A stretch of DNA of 42,612 bases from Nemertoderma westbladi. Taxonomy: Eukaryota > Animalia > Xenacoelomorpha. Below the pieces are notes generated by a model. It was not told where the DNA came from. It did no database searches and was given only the letters and a program-made list of their open reading frames with translations. Below are positions 35,593-42,612 of this stretch, piece after piece. The position numbers were made by a program, and so were the translations under genes. The stretch covers positions 1-42,612 of the forward strand of contig JAUCBJ010004072.1 in assembly GCA_032718475.1 (NCBI GenBank), read 5' to 3'. The stretch's first letter is position 1, and each line of letters begins with the position of its first letter.

Positions 35593-38200
35593 TTTTTTTT
35601 TTTAGACAGCCTTGGAGATTTTTTTTTTATTATTCCGATATGTATATTATAATTATCGCAAAAACGCACTAAATGATCAATAGCATATTGCTTGCAGTAC
35701 AGATGGTAACAACTCCATTACACAGTTACAATGAGCAATAATTATGTAATATACCATACCAGTCCCCGCATAATCGATCAAACACTCTAAGCAAAGCCCC
35801 CTGGTATCCCGGCGCCGTCCTCAAGCCCCAAACCGCTTCGCCATCTCACCCGCGACCCTCGCAGGCAATGGGAAGTGCCGCGGATTATCGCGAACGATAT
35901 GCGTGCACGCACCCACCCCATTACCGAACTGTATGGTTTCCCCCAGTTGGTGTGTAGGCGGTCTGCGATGATTCGCAACAGCTTATTGGCCTGCGGTGCC
36001 AGTATGCCGTCGCATGAGGCGACGAAAGGGGAGAAATCACCTCGGCGGGCGGAAACTGCGGCTGTATATAAGCGTTTCTTCTCCTCTTCCGCTGACTCCA
36101 ATACCGACCTCACGGAGCGCCCAGCATAAGACACGGCGTCAAGGTTAATTGTACGTATGTCAATCAACGCCTGTGTCTGGGTACTGAACGCTCCCCTAAT
36201 GCCGACATCGCATCGCAGACCAGCCCCGTCGCCATCCTCGTGCTGCTCGCGGACCACTGGCTCGAGCATAACGTTTCGCGGTCCGAATGCCAGGGCCGCG
36301 AGGTCACCGACTGCGTCGCGGAGCTCGTTGTGACGCTGAATCACTAGACCACCCTTCTTACAATTCAACCCGTGGTTGAGATCAAACCCAGCGCCACAAC
36401 CGTCGCATCTGCAAGGGACACCTACGAGGGGTCTACCATACCGAACAGCCACAGCGTCCCTAAACTCCCGGGGTGAGAGGTCAAACTGGTGTTCGGCTAC
36501 CGGAAGAGAGGATAGCCAGCCGCCGGTCCTGAACTCCGCCGCCCGTTGGACAGCGACACGCTGGTGCTCCGCCATTCCTTCCAACGCTTCCTCCTGCTGG
36601 GCTTTCTCCATACCCTGCCTCTCTTTCCGAGATGTCATGCGCGCTCCCTCCATGCACTTCAGGTGGGTGGCTAAGGAGAATGGCTCCTTCCCGGCGATCG
36701 CGTTCACCAGCGACTGTGTCCCAAGTTCTGATACAGCAAAGTTGGTATCGGCCTCGTTAACCGGGTTCCGCAACCCCAGACCACCCATTCGCGGAGACAG
36801 GGCAAACAACTTGAGTTCTGGTTGCGAAATTCGCCCATCGAAGACTGCCGGCAGGAACCTATCGCTGATCGCTTCCTCTAGCACATCGAACTGACTGCTG
36901 CAGTCTGGGACAACGCGTTGGAGGTATGCCCACTCCCGTTGGAGTGAGCAAACTACGGCTGAGAAAGCAGCGTGGGGTTGGGCCTCCGCCACCTCGGCCA
37001 TCTTGTCTACTGAGGCTACCCAGGATGCGATTTTGGCGCCGACATACTTCACACACTCCGACTCGCTACCAATAAACCCGCCCAGAAATCGGTGTCCTGT
37101 AACGATGTTAATATTGTGCTCGGCGAATACACTTTGGGCTTCCTCCAGAAACTCCGGAGCCACAACGAGAAAGCTCTTGGCGGACTGAGGGTAATATCCG
37201 AGAGCAGGGCCCAGACGAAGTAAGTGCTCGTACCACTCGAGAATATCCTGGAGCTTTCCGGCACCTGAAGAGTCGTCAGCGAACCAACTTTGGCGAACCT
37301 TAAGTGATGGCAACTCGTGGATTAAAGGGAGGATGCCTGAAGCGTAAAAAGGCATAGCTAAAGGATCTCCTTGTGTTACACCCTCTTCGCTGAACAGCAC
37401 AGCATCGGTTCCCTTTATTGTCAGAATGCTGTGTCCACGGTAACAGTTGAAGAGAAACATTGAACATCGAGGCCACAGCTGCCTGACGTTCCACAAGGCT
37501 GCGACTCGGTTCAGCGAATTGAAGGCATTAGCTGCATCAACCATAATAATGCCCCATCCATCCTCACTATGTTCGTCGAAGACCGAGCGCATTGAATGTA
37601 CCCCGGCCTCCACACCTGCCATCACGCCCGCAGATAACTGCTCTGCGCCACACGTAGTGGTGACATCATCTCCAGTTGCTTCTGCCATTGATCTACCCAA
37701 GATTCGGCGGAGGCACTCCCCTATGCCTATGGGCCTAACCCCGGGGCACTTATCGAGGGCAATAAGTCTGCTAGCCATCAGCGACCGAACTGATTCCCAT
37801 GGCACTACACTGTTAGCAAGTGAACACGCAATAGAGGCAATAGATTCGCGTAAACGCTGGCTATGTGCCCCATACCGGATAAGGTAGTCCCGCCAGCGTG
37901 TTGAGTCGCTACCGGCTGGCCCACCACTCCCTTTCAGTCGCCGCGCTGTCGACTCTATGTGCGCGGCTGTGATCTCGACATCAACCCGAAGTGGCAACTC
38001 ATCATCACACACTAATAAGGCCTCGGCTTTGGGTGCAGCTGCTGCTGGATGCTTCTCGCTGAGAACATCAAGGACTCTCACCCGCTGTTGGTTTACTTCA
38101 ATTTCCGATTCCGGATCTAGAACACTACCGGTCTCACGCCCCGTGACCCAGCGAACAGCACTCCTTACCTTCCCTTCCATCATGAGCCTAGAGAAAATTT
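35593..38200 (-). mobile_element. CRE-clade non-LTR retrotransposon, 5'-truncated, with poly(A) tail and 14-16 bp TSD
   Basis: TATAGCGTTTGTAG(TT) is duplicated at 35579-35592 and 38201-38214. T11 at 35593-35603. The ORF is open up to the 5' junction. Confidence 0.93.
35787..38183 (-). CDS. Reverse transcriptase + CCHC + restriction-like endonuclease polyprotein of the CRE-clade element (N-terminally truncated)
   Basis: LIALDKCPGVRPIGIGECLRRI, QLSAGVMAGVEAGVH, DAANAFNSLNR, SEEGVTQGDPLAM, WFADD, GGLGL, CDGCGAGFDLNHGLNCKKGG, RHNELRD, RCD..., AEEEKKRLY, FSPFVASCDG; 798 codons without interruption. Confidence 0.93.
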   Translation of the reverse strand: MMEGKVRSAVRWVTGRETGSVLDPESEIEVNQQRVRVLDVLSEKHPAAAAPKAEALLVCDDELPLRVDVEITAAHIESTARRLKGSGGPAGSDSTRWRDYLIRYGAHSQRLRESIASIACSLANSVVPWESVRSLMASRLIALDKCPGVRPIGIGECLRRILGRSMAEATGDDVTTTCGAEQLSAGVMAGVEAGVHSMRSVFDEHSEDGWGIIMVDAANAFNSLNRVAALWNVRQLWPRCSMFLFNCYRGHSILTIKGTDAVLFSEEGVTQGDPLAMPFYASGILPLIHELPSLKVRQSWFADDSSGAGKLQDILEWYEHLLRLGPALGYYPQSAKSFLVVAPEFLEEAQSVFAEHNINIVTGHRFLGGFIGSESECVKYVGAKIASWVASVDKMAEVAEAQPHAAFSAVVCSLQREWAYLQRVVPDCSSQFDVLEEAISDRFLPAVFDGRISQPELKLFALSPRMGGLGLRNPVNEADTNFAVSELGTQSLVNAIAGKEPFSLATHLKCMEGARMTSRKERQGMEKAQQEEALEGMAEHQRVAVQRAAEFRTGGWLSSLPVAEHQFDLSPREFRDAVAVRYGRPLVGVPCRCDGCGAGFDLNHGLNCKKGGLVIQRHNELRDAVGDLAALAFGPRNVMLEPVVREQHEDGDGAGLRCDVGIRGAFSTQTQALIDIRTINLDAVSYAGRSVRSVLESAEEEKKRLYTAAVSARRGDFSPFVASCDGILAPQANKLLRIIADRLHTNWGKPYSSVMGWVRARISFAIIRGTSHCLRGSRVRWRSGLGLEDGAGIPGGFA

Positions 38201-41200
38201 TATAGCGTTTGTAGTTGATTAGTAGTAGCCCGATGCGTAGTATAGCGTTTGTAGTTGATTAGTAGTAGCCCGATGCGTAGTATAGCGTTTGTAGTTGATT
38301 AGTAGTAGCCCGATGCGTAGTATAGCGTTTGTAGTTGATTGGTAGTAGCCCGATGCGTAGTATAGCGTTTGTAGTTGATTAGTAGTAGCCCGATGCGTAG
38401 TATAGCGTTTGTAGTTGATTAGTAGTAGCCCGATGCGTAGTATAGCGTTTGTAGTTGATTGGTAGTAGCCCGATGCGTAGTATAGCGTTTGTAGTTGATT
38501 AGTAGTAGCCCGATGCGTAGTATAGCGTTTGTAGTTGATTAGTAGTAGCCCGATGCGTAGTATAGCGTTTGTAGTTGATTAGTAGTAGCCCGATGCGTAG
38601 TATAGCGTTTGTAGTTGATTAGTAGTAGCCCGATGCGTAGTATAGCGTTTGTAGTTGATTAGTAGTAGCCCGATGCGTAGTATAGCGTTTGTAGTTGATT
38701 AGTAGTAGCCCGATGCGTAGTATAGCGTTTGTAGTTGATTAGTAGTAGCCCGATGCGTAGTATAGCGTTTGTAGTTGATTAGTAGTAGCCCGATGCGTAG
38801 TATAGCGTTTGTAGTTGATTAGTAGTAGCCCGATGCGTAGTATAGCGTTTGTAGTTGATTAGTAGTAGCCCGATGCGTAGTATAGCGTTTGTAGTTGATT
38901 AGTAGTAGCCCGATGCGTAGTATAGCGTTTGTAGTTGATTAGTAGTAGCCCGATGCGTAGTATAGCGTTTGTAGTTGATTGGTAGTAGCCCGATGCGTAG
39001 TATAGCGTTTGTAGTTGATTAGTAGTAGCCCGATGCGTAGTATAGCGTTTGTAGTTGATTAGTAGTAGCCCGATGCGTAGTATAGCGTTTGTAGTTGATT
39101 AGTAGTAGCCCGATGCGTAGTATAGCGTTTGTAGTTGATTGGTAGTAGCCCGATGCGTAGTATAGCGTTTGTAGTTGATTAGTAGTAGCCCGATGCGTAG
39201 TATAGCGTTTGTAGTTGATTAGTAGTAGCCCGATGCGTAGTATATAGTTTGTAGTTGATTAGTAGTAGCCCGATGCGTAGTATAGCGTTTGTAGTTGATT
39301 AGTAGTAGCCCGATGCGTAGTATAGCGTTTGTAGTTGATTAGTAGTAGCCCGATGCGTAGTATAGCGTTTGTAGTTGATTGGTAGTAGCCCGATGCGTAG
39401 TATATAGTTTGTAGTTGATTAGTAGTAGCCCGATGCGTAGTATAGCGTTTGTAGTTGATTAGTAGTAGCCCGATGCGTAGTATAGCGTTTGTAGTTGATT
39501 AGTAGTAGCCCGATGCGTAGTATAGCGTTTGTAGTTGATTAGTAGTAGCCCGATGCGTAGTATAGCGTTTGTAGTTGATTGGTAGTAGCCCGATGCGTAG
39601 TATATAGTTTGTAGTTGATTAGTAGTAGCCCGATGCGTAGTATAGCGTTTGTAGTTGATTAGTAGTAGCCCGATGCGTAGTATAGCGTTTGTAGTTGATT
39701 GGTAGTAGCCCGATGCGTAGTATAGCGTTTGTAGTTGATTGGTAGTAGCCCGATGCGTAGTATAGCGTTTGTAGTTGATTAGTAGTAGCCCGATGCGTAG
39801 TATAGCGTTTGTAGTTGATTAGTAGTAGCCCGATGCGTAGTATATAGTTTGTAGTTGATTAGTAGTAGCCCGATGCGTAGTATAGCGTTTGTAGTTGATT
39901 AGTAGTAGCCCGATGCGTAGTATAGCGTTTGTAGTTGATTAGTAGTAGCCCGATGCGTAGTATAGCGTTTGTAGTTGATTAGTAGTAGCCCGATGCGTAG
40001 TATAGCGTTTGTAGTTGATTAGTAGTAGCCCGATGCGTAGTATAGCGTTTGTAGTTGATTAGTAGTAGCCCGATGCGTAGTATAGCGTTTGTAGTTGATT
40101 AGTAGTAGCCCGATGCGTAGTATAGCGTTTGTAGTTGATTAGTAGTAGCCCGATGCGTAGTATAGCGTTTGTAGTTGATTAGTAGTAGCCCGATGCGTAG
40201 TATAGCGTTTGTAGTTGATTAGTAGTAGCCCGATGCGTAGTATAGCGTTTGTAGTTGATTAGTAGTAGCCCGATGCGTAGTATATCGTTTGTAGTTGATT
40301 AGTAGTAGCCCGATGCGTAGTATAGCGTTTGTAGTTGATTAGTAGTAGCCCGATGCGTAGTATAGCGTTTGTAGTTGATTAGTAGTAGCCCGATGCGTAG
40401 TATAGCGTTTGTAGTTGATTAGTAGTAGCCCGATGCGTAGTATAGCGTTTGTAGTTGATTGGTAGTAGCCCGATGCGTAGTATATCGTTTGTAGTTGATT
40501 AGTAGTAGCCCGATGCGTAGTATAGCGTTTGTAGTTGATTAGTAGTAGCCCGATGCGTAGTATAGCGTTTGTAGTTGATTGGTAGTAGCCCGATGCGTAG
40601 TATAGCGTTTGTAGTTGATTGGTAGTAGCCCGATGCGTAGTATAGCGTTTGTAGTTGATTAGTAGTAGCCCGATGCGTAGTATAGCGTTTGTAGTTGATT
40701 AGTAGTAGCCCGATGCGTAGTATAGCGTTTGTAGTTGATTAGTAGTAGCCCGATGCGTAGTATAGCGTTTGTAGTTGATTAGTAGTAGCCCGATGCGTAG
40801 TATAGCGTTTGTAGTTGATTAGTAGTAGCCCGATGCGTAGTATAGCGTTTGTAGTTGATTAGTAGTAGCCCGATGCGTAGTATAGCGTTTGTAGTTGATT
40901 AGTAGTAGCCCGATGCGTAGTATAGCGTTTGTAGTTGATTAGTAGTAGCCCGATGCGTAGTATAGCGTTTGTAGTTGATTAGTAGTAGCCCGATGCGTAG
41001 TATATCGTTTGTAGTTGATTAGTAGTAGCCCGATGCGTAGTATAGCGTTTGTAGTTGATTAGTAGTAGCCCGATGCGTAGTATAGCGTTTGTAGTTGATT
41101 AGTAGTAGCCCGATGCGTAGTATAGCGTTTGTAGTTGATTAGTAGTAGCCCGATGCGTAGTATATCGTTTGTAGTTGATTAGTAGTAGCCCGATGCGTAG

Positions 41201-42612
41201 TATAGCGTTTGTAGTTGATTAGTAGTAGCCCGATGCGTAGTATAGCGTTTGTAGTTGATTAGTAGTAGCCCGATGCGTAGTATAGCGTTTGTAGTTGATT
41301 AGTAGTAGCCCGATGCGTAGTATATCGTTGTAGTTGATTAGTAGTAGCCCGATGCGTAGTATAGCGTTTGTAGTTGATTGGTAGTAGCCCGATGCGTAGT
41401 ATATCGTTTGTAGTTGATTAGTAGTAGCCCGATGCGTAGTATAGCGTTTGTAGTTGATTGGTAGTAGCCCGATGCGTAGTATAGCGTTTGTAGTTGATTA
41501 GTAGTAGCCCGATGCGTAGTATAGCGTTTGTAGTTGATTGGTAGTAGCCCGATGCGTAGTATAGCGTTTGTAGTTGATTGGTAGTAGCCCGATGCGTAGT
41601 ATAGCGTTTGTAGTTGATTAGTAGTAGCCCGATGCGTAGTATAGCGTTTGTAGTTGATTAGTAGTAGCCCGATGCGTAGTATAGCGTTTGTAGTTGATTG
41701 GTAGTAGCCCGATGCGTAGTATATCGTTTGTAGTTGATTAGTAGTAGCCCGATGCGTAGTATAGCGTTTGTAGTTGATTGGTAGTAGCCCGATGCGTAGT
41801 ATAGCGTTTGTAGTTGATTAGTAGTAGCCCGATGCGTAGTATAGCGTTTGTAGTTGATTAGTAGTAGCCCGATGCGTAGTATAGCGTTTGTAGTTGATTA
41901 GTAGTAGCCCGATGCGTAGTATAGCGTTTGTAGTTGATTAGTAGTAGCCCGATGCGTAGTATAGCGTTTGTAGTTGATTAGTAGTAGCCCGATGCGTAGT
42001 ATATCGTTTGTAGTTGATTAGTAGTAGCCCGATGCGTAGTATAGCGTTTGTAGTTGATTAGTAGTAGCCCGATGCGTAGTATAGCGTTTGTAGTTGATTA
42101 GTAGTAGCCCGATGCGTAGTATAGCGTTTGTAGTTGATTAGTAGTAGCCCGATGCGTAGTATAGCGTTTGTAGTTGATTAGTAGTAGCCCGATGCGTAGT
42201 ATAGCGTTTGTAGTTGATTAGTAGTAGCCCGATGCGTAGTATAGCGTTTGTAGTTGATTAGTAGTAGCCCGATGCGTAGTATAGCGTTTGTAGTTGATTA
42301 GTAGTAGCCCGATGCGTAGTATAGCGTTTGTAGTTGATTAGTAGTAGCCCGATGCGTAGTATAGCGTTTGTAGTTGATTAGTAGTAGCCCGATGCGTAGT
42401 ATAGCGTTTGTAGTTGATTAGTAGTAGCCCGATGCGTAGTATAGCGTTTGTAGTTGATTAGTAGTAGCCCGATGCGTAGTATAGCGTTTGTAGTTGATTA
42501 GTAGTAGCCCGATGCGTAGTATAGCGTTTGTAGTTGATTAGTAGTAGCCCGATGCGTAGTCTAGCGTTTGTAGTTGATTAGTAGTAGCCCGATGCGTAGT
42601 ATAGCGTTTGTA
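38201..42612. repeat. 40-bp satellite, right block ~110 copies, running off the window end
   Basis: Same unit as 32064-35592; highly homogeneous. Confidence 0.98.

Noticed and set aside
35875-38205. Plus-strand and alternative-frame ORFs overlapping the CRE ORF
   Set aside because: Antisense shadows of a GC-rich coding sequence with no recognisable motifs.
32064-42612. 40-mer as a spliced-leader gene array (classic CRE target)
   Set aside because: The unit is too short to hold leader, intron and promoter, and I see no convincing Sm-site or stem-loop organisation.

Overview
Repeat-dense metazoan (probably invertebrate) genomic DNA, not prokaryotic. There is one convincing host gene: an intact, intronless plexin-domain-containing (PLXDC-like) type I membrane protein at 29613-30947. 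A possible first exon lies at 13517-13707. The rest is a nest of mobile DNA: a near full-length but frameshifted CR1/L2-group LINE (~7720-12894), fragments of two RTE-clade LINE families, a decayed Penelope-like element with an inverted GIY-YIG/pseudo-LTR segment carrying a minimal hammerhead-ribozyme-like motif, a TTAA-flanked Kolobok-like non-autonomous element, and several palindromic MITEs. Five tandem arrays have units of 26, 29, 56, 24 and 40 bp. The 40-bp G/T-skewed satellite spans the last 10.5 kb and runs off the window end. It is interrupted by a young, 5'-truncated CRE-clade retrotransposon (RT plus restriction-like endonuclease, 798 aa intact) with a perfect 14-16 bp target-site duplication and a double poly(A) tail. 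The most interesting hypothesis, which is inference, is a satellite- or telomere-like array targeted by a CRE element. All family assignments come from motif recognition by eye, with no database search.
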